Positions 37,650-47,889 of a stretch of DNA of 59,649 bases are shown in pieces. The DNA is from a virus (taxonomy: Duplodnaviria > Caudoviricetes), in the IMG/VR virus record IMGVR_UViG_3300029823_000290, positions 1 through 59,649 of that record. One strand, 5' to 3'. A program made the translations under genes and the position numbers. The notes under the pieces are model-generated. The model ran no database searches. It saw nothing but the letters and a program-made list of their open reading frames with translations, and had not been told where the DNA came from. Position 1 is the first letter of the stretch; the number at the start of each line of letters is the position of its first letter.

Positions 37650-37972
37650 CAAGCATTCACCTCTTTGCACATGAGCTGCAGTTCGATGTGCCGCTCCTCC
37701 GGGTCAAACACGGACTCAATATCAAACACCCGGGTACCGTACAACACTCGCATGGCTGATTTTATTCCTGTTCGGTATCGAATCCGGATCCGGGTAGTTA
37801 GTTCTGACTGAGTATTCTGCAGCAGGACGTATTCCCGGCCTTGGATTGGCTCGACTGAGGCCCAAACTGTAGCAACATCCTGCCAGCCCTGGTCAATTGG
37901 GGTACGGTACTGGTCATCGGCTTCGATGTATTCTTGCAGAATAACACGATGATTGAGTTTGCCCGGGTTCAT
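37649..37972 (-). CDS. Head-tail adaptor (SPP1 gp16-like)
   Basis: GKLNHRV, VWASVEPIQGRE and IRIRY motifs. Confidence 0.9.
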   Translation of the reverse strand: MNPGKLNHRVILQEYIEADDQYRTPIDQGWQDVATVWASVEPIQGREYVLLQNTQSELTTRIRIRYRTGIKSAMRVLYGTRVFDIESVFDPEERHIELQLMCKEVNA

Positions 37973-38265
37973 GATATCACCTCCGGATCGGTCGGTTGAT
38001 AGCAATGGCTGAGCTGGGCCAGCATAGATTCCACAATCACCCTTACTTTATCGCTGGCCCGGCCCACATGCTCCCGGTTTTCATACCAATCAGTTACCAG
38101 TACCCAGCAAAATAATTTTGCAAGGCTGTTGGTATCATCAAAGGTATTCCCGGTAGCATTCGTCAGATATGTTTCAGCAGCATCAATAAGCGTTGCAATA
38201 AGCACGTCATCCTCGTTACCGTCTACCCGCAGGTATTGCTTTGTCTCATCCATAGTTATAATCAT
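37969..38265 (-). CDS. Head-tail connector (HK97 gp6-like)
   Basis: KQYLRVD..EDD and WYENRE motifs. Confidence 0.9.
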   Translation of the reverse strand: MIITMDETKQYLRVDGNEDDVLIATLIDAAETYLTNATGNTFDDTNSLAKLFCWVLVTDWYENREHVGRASDKVRVIVESMLAQLSHCYQPTDPEVIS

Positions 38266-38307
38266 CTAATCACCCCTTAAAGGGCGAGCGGGTTATTCCC
38301 GCTCATT

Positions 38308-39483
38308 TTATGCGCCGGTCGTAACAGTTAACTGCCCGAATACAGCCGCTCCAGCATCCCACTGTTTGCAGTCGTCACGCGTAATAGTCCGTAGGTCGGT
38401 AGTATCTCGCTTAAAAGCATCTCCGCCTTCCCGGGTGCTTGTTAATTCGTATTGTCCCTGGGTGAAAAGCACTATAAGTTCTTTCAGGTTGCCCATAATA
38501 ATCGGTGCCTTAACAGTAGTAGTACCGGAACTCGGCAGATACCTATTGGCGGCTATCGCTACCGGCAGGCCCTTAAATAGTTTTCGGCCAGGCTGGGTAA
38601 TGTCATCCTGCAGGAGGAAACGGCCACTTCCATCTACTTGCTCATCCAGCCAGTTATAACCGTCCTGATTTGTCAACACAATACCGCCGGCAGCTACCAG
38701 AGCAGGATCCAGTTCCACATTTATTACTTTCTTAACCGTTTTAAGATCGGCCAGGTCTTTTTTAGTCATTGCATTGAGAATAGCAATGATCAAAGAATTT
38801 TTGGTTACTACATGTTTCTTGGCAATCCAACTGGATACATAGGCCAGCACGTTTTGATCGCTGTCCCGCAGCAGTTCATTGGTAAGTGGCAAAATACCCG
38901 CGCGTTTAACTAATTTATAAGTAACCGGTATAAATTTGGGATTGTCCATTTCTCCGATAATTCCGTATTCCTCAACAACCTGGAAGGGAGTCATGTCCTC
39001 GTCTTTCTCCAGCACACGGGAACCGGAGAGGGTATTCACGGGTTCAACACGGATGTATTGAGACAGGTCATTCAGAGTCCGCATAACCTCGTTGATTCGG
39101 GTCTGAATATCCTGGGGTACAATCAGAGCAACATCTCCATCGGTATCTTCAGTGACTCCACCTTCATGCATAGCCGCTCTGTACTCGTTCACTATTGCAC
39201 GATCATCAGTGCTAATACTCTGCCGGCGTAGGCCACGCAGGAATACCCGATTGTATTCAGCTTCCAACTCAGCATCAGTACGTCCAGTCACAAAGGTCCC
39301 GTTATTCGGTTCCGGATCATCGGCCGCTTCCAGTTCCATTTGCATATTTACTTTTTTCTGCAGCGCACGAACTTCCACCATCAAATTTTCAGCTTCAGTA
39401 ACTTTATCTTCACCCAAAAAGGCCCTCACTTTCGCCTTTTTTTCCTCCAGAGCTTGGAGCATTTCACGCAATTCTTTAGACAT
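38308..39483 (-). CDS. Major capsid protein, HK97 family
   Basis: Coiled-coil delta domain, IVPQDI, NELLRDS and TNQDGYNWL..DGSGRFLL motifs. Confidence 0.92.
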   Translation of the reverse strand: MSKELREMLQALEEKKAKVRAFLGEDKVTEAENLMVEVRALQKKVNMQMELEAADDPEPNNGTFVTGRTDAELEAEYNRVFLRGLRRQSISTDDRAIVNEYRAAMHEGGVTEDTDGDVALIVPQDIQTRINEVMRTLNDLSQYIRVEPVNTLSGSRVLEKDEDMTPFQVVEEYGIIGEMDNPKFIPVTYKLVKRAGILPLTNELLRDSDQNVLAYVSSWIAKKHVVTKNSLIIAILNAMTKKDLADLKTVKKVINVELDPALVAAGGIVLTNQDGYNWLDEQVDGSGRFLLQDDITQPGRKLFKGLPVAIAANRYLPSSGTTTVKAPIIMGNLKELIVLFTQGQYELTSTREGGDAFKRDTTDLRTITRDDCKQWDAGAAVFGQLTVTTGA

Positions 39484-39511
39484 TTTTTCCTCCTTATAAA
39501 AAATAGAGCCG

Positions 39512-40258
39512 TTACAGCTCCAACTCAATCGCCAGTGTTCTTTTTTTCAACTCTCTTGCCTTCACCTCCTCATCAGGATCCGGCCCGGGGTCTGATCCTG
39601 GATCCGGATTGGGTTCATTAGTCAGGAGATCCTTCGGGGTGTTTTTATACCTGCCCAGGATGTCTTTGTCTATACAGGCAGCCACCTGCTTGATTCCCTC
39701 AATTTCGTCAGCAAAGCCATACTCCAGACAGTCTTCAGCAGACAACCAGGTTTCAGCATTTAGTAAACCGAGAATTTCTTCTTTCGTAAGTGCGGACCGT
39801 GCCTCATAAGTCGTTACCATGCTATCCCTGATCTTGTCCATGTCATCTGCTATTTTTCTGAAATCTGCGGCATTGCCAACAGCTATGGTCCAAGGATTAT
39901 GCACCATCATCATAGCGTTTTGAGGCATTATTACCTTGTCGCCTGCCATGGTGATTAAAGAAGCTATACTGGCCGCCAAGCCATCAATGTAAATATTAAC
40001 CGCAGCCTTATGCCGTTTAAGCATGGAATAGATGGCCTGGCCGGCAAATACATCGCCACCAGGAGAATTTATATACACGTTCAGCGTATCTATATCTCCC
40101 AGCGCATCCAAATCCTCTTTAAATTGCTTCGGGGTTACTTCGTCCCCCCACCAGGAATATTCAGATATCTCACCGTAAAGCATTAATTCGCCGGTCTTTT
40201 CGTCCAGCGCCTTAAAGCTCCAGAATTTTTTCTTCTTTGATCTTGGTATCTTCATCAC
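39512..40258 (-). CDS. ClpP-type prohead protease
   Basis: INSPGGDVF, DGLAASIAS, MMVHNP and ETWLSAED motifs. Confidence 0.93.
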   Translation of the reverse strand: MMKIPRSKKKKFWSFKALDEKTGELMLYGEISEYSWWGDEVTPKQFKEDLDALGDIDTLNVYINSPGGDVFAGQAIYSMLKRHKAAVNIYIDGLAASIASLITMAGDKVIMPQNAMMMVHNPWTIAVGNAADFRKIADDMDKIRDSMVTTYEARSALTKEEILGLLNAETWLSAEDCLEYGFADEIEGIKQVAACIDKDILGRYKNTPKDLLTNEPNPDPGSDPGPDPDEEVKARELKKRTLAIELEL

Positions 40259-41546
40259 CGCCTTTCTGGTCTCCTAGGTTCTTTGGTTCATTATTTTTCT
40301 TGTACTGCTCCCCGGCCATCTCAATCGGCATCATATTACCGTTTATTAAGAGCCGGTCCCCGCCTTCTTTGGCCTCCAGTTCTTCCAGGGCCCTAACTTC
40401 GTTTGCGGTCAGGAAGCCGGATTGAATAGCAATCCGGTATCCTTCGTAACGGGTTTTGGGGTCGGCCCGGAGGATAGCGTTTACATTGAATTTGATATAA
40501 TACCCCTCATCCAGCTCCTTCCGAGTAAATAGCTTATAAGTCATCTCCTGCTCGTACCCGGTCAGGATATCCATGAGGGTATCAATGTAAAACTCCCGCT
40601 GCTGCTCGCTGATGTTGGTATGAGTAGCCCGATCCAGATCGTTTAGCTGATGGTTTTTAACGCCGAACGCCGCGGCTATCTGCTTGATGGTCAGCTGAGT
40701 ATTCTCTATGAACTGGGCATCAGCCATGGTCAGGCTTAACGGCTGGAACTGGTATCCGATGGGTAACAAGCTCACCCGGTTAGCATTTTTAAGGCCACTG
40801 GCCATGCTTTCAAATTTTTCCCGGAATGTTTTTTGAGCTTCTGGACTCAGGTCTCCCACATAGTGGATTATACCTTTCGTCTGCAGCCCGGTCTTAAAGC
40901 TATTGTTCAGGTATTGTGATGCAGCTCCGGCGTTCTCAATTGTGCTTTTTAGTTGCTCCAAAGGGGTCATGCCCACAATTCCATCAAATGTGAGCCCTTT
41001 GAAATGCAGCACTTCATCGGGCCTCAGCTTATATTCTTTACCGTCCGGACCGGTATAGACATACCATAGAGACCCTTGCCCCGGCAGTAACCCAGCATTA
41101 TCAACATATATTTTCATTCTGCTGCTATCCAGGGGATAGATTCCCTGCACCTGGCCGGCCTTGCGCCCGGTGCTTGCAAAATCGATCCAGGCATAGGCAT
41201 TACCGAAAGTATTCCGCTGTACCTCCAAACACTTAAAAAAGTCCCGGCTACTCATCCATGGGTTAGGCCTGTTTTTAAGCAACGGCGCAAGGTAATGGCT
41301 AGACGCGCTCTGTTTGCCCTCTTTATCCTGGTATATCTTTATCGGCAGCTTGCCCACTGCGTCAGCCAAGATGCGAATACAGGCAAATATAGTAGCTTCC
41401 TTAAGGGCATTTCTGCCCCTATAACTGATCTCTCCGGCATCAATACCCAGCCATTCCAAAAGAGTGGGATCGTTTAAGGGAATCGGCACCACTGTTTCTG
41501 CTCGTATCCGGTTAAACCATTTATCCCAAAGAGCCAATACATACAC
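40212..41546 (-). CDS. Portal protein, HK97 family
   Basis: RPNPWM, GNAY, EVLHFK, DAQF and TANEVRALE motifs. Confidence 0.93.
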   Translation of the reverse strand: MYVLALWDKWFNRIRAETVVPIPLNDPTLLEWLGIDAGEISYRGRNALKEATIFACIRILADAVGKLPIKIYQDKEGKQSASSHYLAPLLKNRPNPWMSSRDFFKCLEVQRNTFGNAYAWIDFASTGRKAGQVQGIYPLDSSRMKIYVDNAGLLPGQGSLWYVYTGPDGKEYKLRPDEVLHFKGLTFDGIVGMTPLEQLKSTIENAGAASQYLNNSFKTGLQTKGIIHYVGDLSPEAQKTFREKFESMASGLKNANRVSLLPIGYQFQPLSLTMADAQFIENTQLTIKQIAAAFGVKNHQLNDLDRATHTNISEQQREFYIDTLMDILTGYEQEMTYKLFTRKELDEGYYIKFNVNAILRADPKTRYEGYRIAIQSGFLTANEVRALEELEAKEGGDRLLINGNMMPIEMAGEQYKKNNEPKNLGDQKGGDEDTKIKEEKILEL

Positions 41547-41549
41547 CTC

Positions 41550-43244
41550 CTAACCCCAGAGCTTTTCTAAGAAGTCTTTGTTAGCGTATGCGCTCACATC
41601 AACTTTCTTATTACCCAGTCGCGCCCTTGTATGGCTGGTCACCAGCGCGGCCGCCGGGTCAATTCTGAAGGTCGTTTTTGATTTATCCAGTTTGATGTTA
41701 CCTGCCGGGTCGCTGGTAACCACACTGTTACCAATGGCCCAGGCTAAAACCGGATTATTGTTATGAATTATCTTCTGCTGCAGGGTAAGCGTCATAATAT
41801 CCTTGGTAGGCTCGCTTAAAGTTGCATAACCCTGCCGGATCTGGACACATTCCAAGCCTTCATTACTTAAGTCATTCGCCAACTGGGTAGCGTTCCAGGG
41901 GTCAAAACATATCTCCTGGATATCATATATTTCGGTTTTTTCGATAATATAAGACTTCACCCATTCATAATCCACAACGGATCCCGGGGTAAAAGTAATA
42001 TAACTTTCCCGCTCCCAGGTGCGATATGGTACTTTATCCCGCTTTTCTTTCTCTAAAACTGCATCTTCTGGAATAAATGAATGAGAAATTACATAGAAGC
42101 GGCCGTCATCAAGCGGAAACTCCAAACAAACACTGGTCAAGTCGGTGGTGGCCGACAAGTCCAACCCTACATAGCAAGGCTTCCCTGAGAGATTCATCTC
42201 TTCTACCGGACAAGCAAACCATTTGTCCATATCCATCCACCTGACCGTCTGGCTTACCCAGCAATTCAGATGTTTGCATATAAAATTGTTCTGCGCGGCC
42301 GGTATTTCCTTTGCCTTATCGCATTTGCGTTCCAGATCATCAGCGAACACGCTAACGCCCAGGTTAGGATTGGACTTAATCCAGCAGTCAGGATTCCGCC
42401 AGTCATCTTCCTTATCTATCTGGGCAATATAACAGAAATAAGTATCGTCCTGAACGGTACCATTGAGTATATTAAGGCAATAGTCATACTGTTCATAGCA
42501 AATCCCAAACCGATCAAAACCAGCCGTGGTTATGGCGGCCAGTAATGGTTGGGTTCTGGCGCCGGTGGCCGTCTCCAATACGTCCCACATTTCTCTGGTC
42601 TTATGCGCATGGAGTTCGTCAATCAATCCCATGCTGATGTTTAGTCCATCCATGCTGTTTACATCAGCTGATAAGGCCTCGAATTTTGAATTAGTTTGCG
42701 CTACACTCAGGTTCCGTGAAAATACATCCACAAAACCGGCAATATCAGGACTGGCTTTAACCATGCGTTTAGCTTCATCGAATATAATCCGTGCCTGGTC
42801 CCGTTTGGTGGCCGCAGAGTAAACCTCAGCACCGGCCTCGCCATCGGCCAATAAACCATATAAGCCAATACCGGCCATCATAGTAGACTTACCGTTTTTG
42901 CGGGCCACCGAGATATAAGAGGTTCTAAATCTCCGAAGCTTGGTCTTTTTATGTTTCCAGCCAAAGATGCTTCCCACCACAAAACACTGCCAGAGTTCTA
43001 GTTTTATAGGCTGGCCGGCCCAGGTACCCTTGGAGTGCTGCAGAAAACCAAAAAAGTCTATTGCACGGTCAGCAGCTTCCTGGTCAAAAGTAAACTCGAA
43101 GCTTTTCCGCTTCGAGTTTTTTAAGTCATCTATATGGCGCTGGCAGGCTTTCTTCACCAATTCACCGACAATTATGTTGCCGGCTAGCACCTCTTTAGCA
43201 TACTTGGTGGTTCGATCAATCTTTTTAAAATCTGATTTAGGCAT
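41550..43244 (-). CDS. terL: Terminase large subunit
   Basis: ARKNGKS, IDELH, ITTAG, GLDLS, DPWNA and RIDP motifs. Confidence 0.95.
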   Translation of the reverse strand: MPKSDFKKIDRTTKYAKEVLAGNIIVGELVKKACQRHIDDLKNSKRKSFEFTFDQEAADRAIDFFGFLQHSKGTWAGQPIKLELWQCFVVGSIFGWKHKKTKLRRFRTSYISVARKNGKSTMMAGIGLYGLLADGEAGAEVYSAATKRDQARIIFDEAKRMVKASPDIAGFVDVFSRNLSVAQTNSKFEALSADVNSMDGLNISMGLIDELHAHKTREMWDVLETATGARTQPLLAAITTAGFDRFGICYEQYDYCLNILNGTVQDDTYFCYIAQIDKEDDWRNPDCWIKSNPNLGVSVFADDLERKCDKAKEIPAAQNNFICKHLNCWVSQTVRWMDMDKWFACPVEEMNLSGKPCYVGLDLSATTDLTSVCLEFPLDDGRFYVISHSFIPEDAVLEKEKRDKVPYRTWERESYITFTPGSVVDYEWVKSYIIEKTEIYDIQEICFDPWNATQLANDLSNEGLECVQIRQGYATLSEPTKDIMTLTLQQKIIHNNNPVLAWAIGNSVVTSDPAGNIKLDKSKTTFRIDPAAALVTSHTRARLGNKKVDVSAYANKDFLEKLWG

Positions 43245-43725
43245 CCTTCTTCCCACCTATAAATACCGCAAAAGGATTCGGGCTGTCCTCTACTTCTTCA
43301 ATCTTAATATTGCTTCGCGCTGAAGGAGTCATGCCAAACTCCCGGGCGATACTGACCATCAATTTCATAGCCGTGTTAGCAATCCCTACCTCCGGCCGCT
43401 GGATCACATTTTCCTTGTCACTGATATAAGTGAATCCTCTGGCCTTAACAATTTTAGTAGCCTCAACGAATTCACCAAACGCTTGGCAATATGCTGCCAG
43501 GGCTCCGGTGTCTACCTGAGTTAATACTCCTGACTGGTGCAGTACAGGAACCAGTCGTTTCCATTCCTTCTTTGCCGGTGTGCTTAACCAACTGGGAGGC
43601 GCCGGCAGTTCATCTGTTGTAAATTTAGGAAACTTAGGTTCAGCATTATTCAGAGGACGCTTGCCTGGGTTGCCCTGTAACCTTTTTAAAGCATCCGGTT
43701 TAGCAGCCGGGCCACGCTTACCCAT
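43237..43725 (-). CDS. terS: Terminase small subunit, P27 family
   Basis: GNPGKR, PPSWLS..AKKEW and EFGMTPSAR motifs. Confidence 0.92.
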   Translation of the reverse strand: MGKRGPAAKPDALKRLQGNPGKRPLNNAEPKFPKFTTDELPAPPSWLSTPAKKEWKRLVPVLHQSGVLTQVDTGALAAYCQAFGEFVEATKIVKARGFTYISDKENVIQRPEVGIANTAMKLMVSIAREFGMTPSARSNIKIEEVEDSPNPFAVFIGGKKDA

Positions 43726-43855
43726 ATGCCCACCTCCTTTTTGACATTTTTTGACCTTCATAGGCCCCTATTTGAAACCTGCGGACGCGCGCGTTGTGGG
43801 CCGACTCCGGTCTTTAGCAGAGCGGCAGAAAATTTTCTGACCCGCCCTACCCCTA

Positions 43856-44248
43856 TTAATGGTAAATTATGGTCATTCTCCCTCCATGGTGTGCATTATG
43901 GCAAGAAGCACAGAGACTAATCAAGTTATCTATGTCCAATCGCTTACTCCAGTCTTTGCTAATCTCCACCCGGTGATGCACCGTATCAGCCTGGGTAATT
44001 CGGCCTTCTTTTAAACAGTCCTGACATAAATAATGGTCGCGAATCAAAGCTCTACGTCTGGCCGCCTGCCAGGCTCGACTTTTATAGAATGACTTTGTCT
44101 TTTGATTTCTTACGATTTCATCATAATACTGGTCACGCTCCCTTCTTTGTTTTTGACCGTCATTCTGATGGTTAATACAAAAGCGCCCATCGGTTACCAA
44201 CTGTGGGCATCCCGGATGGGCACATGGTTTTTTAGCTTTTTGAGGCAT
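43856..44248 (-). CDS. HNH endonuclease (packaging-associated)
   Basis: FYKSRAW, LCQDC, VHHR and NLISLCASCHN motifs. The cos site is expected in the GC-rich 43760-43856 interval. Confidence 0.9.
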   Translation of the reverse strand: MPQKAKKPCAHPGCPQLVTDGRFCINHQNDGQKQRRERDQYYDEIVRNQKTKSFYKSRAWQAARRRALIRDHYLCQDCLKEGRITQADTVHHRVEISKDWSKRLDIDNLISLCASCHNAHHGGRMTIIYH

Positions 44249-44401
44249 TATTTTTCTCCTTTATTTCCTTCTCCCAGTTATCTATAAGGGCTATTGTGTT
44301 GAACTCGACAATTCTGTTATAAATCCCATAGTATATAGCTTTGTGAAGTTTTAATATATATCACTTACACATTTTATAAATATGGGTAACTCATTTATTT
44401 T

Positions 44402-44950
44402 TTAATATATTTTGAAGCGTTTCATAGCTTCGTTTATGGATTCTTGCTCTATGCCAATGTAACGTAAAGTGATCGCTGGATGGCTATGATTAAATATTTT
44501 TTGCAAGGTGACTACATCCTTAGTTTGGTTATAAAAATGGTACCCAAATGTTTTTCTTAATGTGTGGGTACCTATACTCTCTATATGAAATTTATCAGCT
44601 GCGTCATGGAGTATTTTATATGCCATTGATCTGCTGATGGGTCGGTTATAATTCTGTCTGCTCTTGATAAGATAATCATCTGGATCCTTATCTTTACAAT
44701 AATTTGAAAGTTCCTTTTTGAGTAATGGGTTAATCTCAATCTCCCGTCTCTTCTGTGTTTTTTGTTCCCTGATAATTATGTTTTTCTTATCTTTAACATC
44801 AAGGATCCGTCTCTGCAAAATATCTGAGATTCTGAGTCCTGTGTAGATTCCCATTAAAAACATAATGTAATTACGTTCGCTACGGTTCCTTAAGTAATTA
44901 GCTATATCCTTTACCATATTAGGATCTCTGATAGGCTGCACGAAATTCAT
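44402..44950 (-). CDS. Small tyrosine recombinase (catalytic domain only)
   Basis: TGLRISD, GTHTLRKTFGY and FNHS...TLRYIG motifs. Confidence 0.9.
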   Translation of the reverse strand: MNFVQPIRDPNMVKDIANYLRNRSERNYIMFLMGIYTGLRISDILQRRILDVKDKKNIIIREQKTQKRREIEINPLLKKELSNYCKDKDPDDYLIKSRQNYNRPISRSMAYKILHDAADKFHIESIGTHTLRKTFGYHFYNQTKDVVTLQKIFNHSHPAITLRYIGIEQESINEAMKRFKIY

Positions 44951-44977
44951 ACTCTCACCGCCCAGCTGCTATGAATA

Positions 44978-45005
44978 GCGAAAAGCCCCGGTTTCCCGAG
45001 GCTTT
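44978..45005 (-). terminator. Terminator in the late leader
   Basis: AAAGCCTCGGGAAACCGGGGCTTTT. Confidence 0.6.
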
Positions 45006-45081
45006 AAATTACGTTACACCGGGGCCCGCACTCTGCAGCGTGCGAACCCCTTTCCTTATTGTGTTCCATTTCTATGATACT

Positions 45082-45145
45082 ATTATAACAGGATTTTTGG
45101 GGTTTAGAGTCCGTTAATAGTCCGGTTTTAGTCCGAAAATAGTCC
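45082..45145 (-). promoter_or_regulatory. Late promoter with four GGACT repeats at an 11-bp period
   Basis: AGTCC at 45108, 45119, 45130 and 45141; extended -10 TGTTATAAT; no consensus -35. Confidence 0.7.
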
Positions 45146-45154
45146 AGTACAATT

Positions 45155-45706
45155 TTAAGGCGTTGCCCATGGAATACCTTCGAATAGTTTTCCCTTCCAT
45201 TCCTCAGGCTGTTCTGCCTCAGGTACCGGAATTCCCAACAACTTTGCGGTTTTTAAAACTACCCGTTTTTGTAGCTCGAAGTAAGAGCTGCGGGACATTT
45301 GCAGTTTGGTGTAGACCTCTTTTTCCCGCTTTTCTAACTCATACCGCAGTTGGTAAATCATTTTTTCTTCAGGGTTAAAAGTTTTAATTGCGTTTGAAAT
45401 CATTATGAACATTATTTCTTTACGCTCGATCCGCTCTTCCATGCTTTCTTCTTTAATTGTTACCGATTCCAACGGGGAGGAAACTGAATTATGCTGTATT
45501 ACCACTGGCTTAAACTGTTGTGTTATGCTCTGGCCGACCAGTTGGTCCATGCGGAGCTGCAGTTTAAGATTGTCGATCTCCATGGGTAAATTCTTATAGT
45601 ATTTCAGCAACCGCTCTGTTTTTTTATACCACCCGGGTTTTTTATAAGGTTTTGTCGGTTCCTTTATTTCATTGACCTGACCGGTTTGTCTATAAATTCT
45701 ACTCAC
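45155..45706 (-). CDS. ArpU/RinA-family late transcriptional activator
   Basis: IYQLRY...LQMSRSSYFELQKR HTH; lies before the packaging module; GTG start after AGGAG. Confidence 0.8.
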   Translation of the reverse strand: MSRIYRQTGQVNEIKEPTKPYKKPGWYKKTERLLKYYKNLPMEIDNLKLQLRMDQLVGQSITQQFKPVVIQHNSVSSPLESVTIKEESMEERIERKEIMFIMISNAIKTFNPEEKMIYQLRYELEKREKEVYTKLQMSRSSYFELQKRVVLKTAKLLGIPVPEAEQPEEWKGKLFEGIPWATP

Positions 45707-45777
45707 CTGGTCTCCTCCCCTCCTAAATTTATTAACTGTCGTTTTCTGCTCCTGGATCCGACTAATAATTAGCAATC

Positions 45778-46176
45778 TCAATGTTTGTTATCTTCATAGG
45801 GCTTTCCAAAAATCAACGCCATGGCCTTTTCCGGAGTATCGGCTTCTGACCATGCTTGAACCTCTGGGTCTTGGTGCATTGCTTTTCCTGCGTCCATCCA
45901 CCGAGCAAATTGGCAGTTGGCGCATACTAAAAACTCTGGTATGCTGGGATATTTCTTAACATGCTCTTTAATTTTTATACATTGCTGACACCTATCGTCT
46001 ACTATCTGATTATTCCTGGCCAAATTCTCGCAGAGAAGAAATAGGGCATTGAAAGTTATGGTGCCTACTTCTAAGTTGGCGGCATTTTTTTGCTGCAGCT
46101 TTTCCAAAGATTTCACTTGGCGCCGAAGGTTTATTACTTCATCACACTCATCGCAATCTCGCATCAAAAAACCCAT
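45778..46176 (-). CDS. Hypothetical Cys-rich protein
   Basis: GGGAG RBS; co-oriented in the early operon. Confidence 0.55.
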   Translation of the reverse strand: MGFLMRDCDECDEVINLRRQVKSLEKLQQKNAANLEVGTITFNALFLLCENLARNNQIVDDRCQQCIKIKEHVKKYPSIPEFLVCANCQFARWMDAGKAMHQDPEVQAWSEADTPEKAMALIFGKPYEDNKH

Positions 46177-46303
46177 TTATTTTTCACTCCCTTGGGTAAA
46201 TTCGAAATTAATAAGCCAGCATGATTCCATTATTTTATCTATCCTCCTTCTCCGCAGCAGGATGCCCTTTGCATCCTGTTTGATAGTCGAAGTTGTCACA
46301 ATC

Positions 46304-46570
46304 TTAAAATAGAGTTAATTGTCTTGGTTTTGGCGTTCCTGAGAAATAAATATAATCAGTGTTGTATCGCATAAAAGCTTCCTTTTCCGGTTCCCATCTA
46401 ATTCCGTTTATGATGCAGCGGTGACCATCACGTGGATCAATATAATTGATTGTAAAACGGTCTTTATTAATGCCATCATAATAATCGCTGACATATACAA
46501 CTTCCCCGCCAGTGCCATAACTTGTATCAACATTACAGCCAGTCAAATCTTTGATATCTTCGGGTTTCAT
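46304..46570 (-). CDS. Hypothetical protein ending in QLTLF
   Basis: Operon context; start uncertain. Confidence 0.55.
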   Translation of the reverse strand: MKPEDIKDLTGCNVDTSYGTGGEVVYVSDYYDGINKDRFTINYIDPRDGHRCIINGIRWEPEKEAFMRYNTDYIYFSGTPKPRQLTLF

Positions 46571-46622
46571 GCATCCATCATCTCTCATTCCCCCTGGGCC
46601 GTTTAATTATTGAATTGCGTAA

Positions 46623-47357
46623 CTACTGGTGTATCTGCCCATCTCTCAAAGGGACGATTACCACAACTCCATTCGAACCTTCAAATACCAGTGGGTACAG
46701 TATTTCCCCGGGTTTGTAATAAAGTCTAATGTCGCCTTGAAGTATGCTTAATGCTAATTGCAACTTAGCATCGTCTAATGCAACGATCGAATCATCTAAC
46801 TGTAGAAGCGATTGATTAAAACCATAGCTTTGATCTGAGTCTTTGCTTTTAAACGTCCTTGTAACTTGAGATAGTGGCGTGGTTTTGAGCCTTGCTACAT
46901 CTAAAATTGGTTCATAATCTGGGAAACTTCCATGATTTATTCCCGCTTGCCCGTCTTGCAGTGTGATTACTACACGGCCCTTTAGACATTCCGGGATGCA
47001 ATCGTACTTGATTTTGCATAACAGAAATGTATTTGAAGCTACCATATATCCATCTTGGGTCATTAACACTCCCATTAAAACTGGCCTAAATTCGTGTTGT
47101 ACAGCAGCACATTTTTTTGCATTATCAAAGGCTTGTTTAAACTCATCAGATATATCCAATTCAATGTACTCATGGGTGGCTTCCTTATTGGCTTTTTCAA
47201 TTTCAGCCTTTTCTCGCTTGGCTATTTCTTCCGGGGTATCTTCTTCCCAGAAGTCATAATAATCATGTTCGTAATGTTCACATTCATCACAACAAGAACT
47301 CCCATTATTTGCGCAATAATCACAGTTCCCATAATGTTTGTTTTTATATCTATTCAC
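46623..47357 (-). CDS. Protein with an N-terminal Cys cluster and a beta-sliding-clamp-like region
   Basis: RPVLMGV, MVASNTFLL, GSFPDYEPIL and VVIVPLR resemble DnaN motifs. Confidence 0.55.
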   Translation of the reverse strand: MNRYKNKHYGNCDYCANNGSSCCDECEHYEHDYYDFWEEDTPEEIAKREKAEIEKANKEATHEYIELDISDEFKQAFDNAKKCAAVQHEFRPVLMGVLMTQDGYMVASNTFLLCKIKYDCIPECLKGRVVITLQDGQAGINHGSFPDYEPILDVARLKTTPLSQVTRTFKSKDSDQSYGFNQSLLQLDDSIVALDDAKLQLALSILQGDIRLYYKPGEILYPLVFEGSNGVVVIVPLRDGQIHQ

Positions 47358-47401
47358 CTTAACTTACCTCCTCTGCTTCGCATCTATAACAGACTGCGTA
47401 A

Positions 47402-47608
47402 TTATCCTAAAATGTCATAAAACGCTTCTTTGCACTCACCGCAGTAATGCAAATTCTGGTTTTCGTCCACTTCATTTACCTGAGATGGTCTAAATTCTTC
47501 TTTCCCATATGGATATAACCGTCGCTGCTGGGGAGGTAAAACCTCAATGGCCTCTATATCGTCCTCATTTATGACTTTCTTACAACGGTTACAAATTATT
47601 GCTTTCAT
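47402..47608 (-). CDS. Small Zn-finger hypothetical protein
   Basis: CNRCKK...HYCGEC; AGGAG RBS. Confidence 0.65.
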   Translation of the reverse strand: MKAIICNRCKKVINEDDIEAIEVLPPQQRRLYPYGKEEFRPSQVNEVDENQNLHYCGECKEAFYDILG

Positions 47609-47649
47609 TGATAGCTCTCCTTTCCTTCACAGTTTTAACATACTGCGCA

Positions 47650-47889
47650 CTATCCAGTCTCTATCAAATCCATGTCCTTACACTTGCCGGCGTCTTTTAT
47701 GCAGCAATTTGGAGGATAACACTTTCTGGCCCGGGTACCGCCATAATAATCAAAATGCTTGCAAACGACACGCCGCTGCTTTAAAGGGTCAGTGCATCCG
47801 CGTTCTTTTATATCATCCCAGTTTAGCGATATCCCTTTCAGCCTGCATCCCGCAATTCCACTTTGTTTAGGTGGTATCATTACCGGCAT
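47650..47889 (-). CDS. Small Cys-rich hypothetical protein
   Basis: GAGGTG RBS; abuts the DnaC-like stop. Confidence 0.5.
   Translation of the reverse strand: MPVMIPPKQSGIAGCRLKGISLNWDDIKERGCTDPLKQRRVVCKHFDYYGGTRARKCYPPNCCIKDAGKCKDMDLIETG

Noticed and set aside
46177-46230. 17-codon ORF with a strong RBS
   Set aside because: Too short to support; probably a gene remnant.
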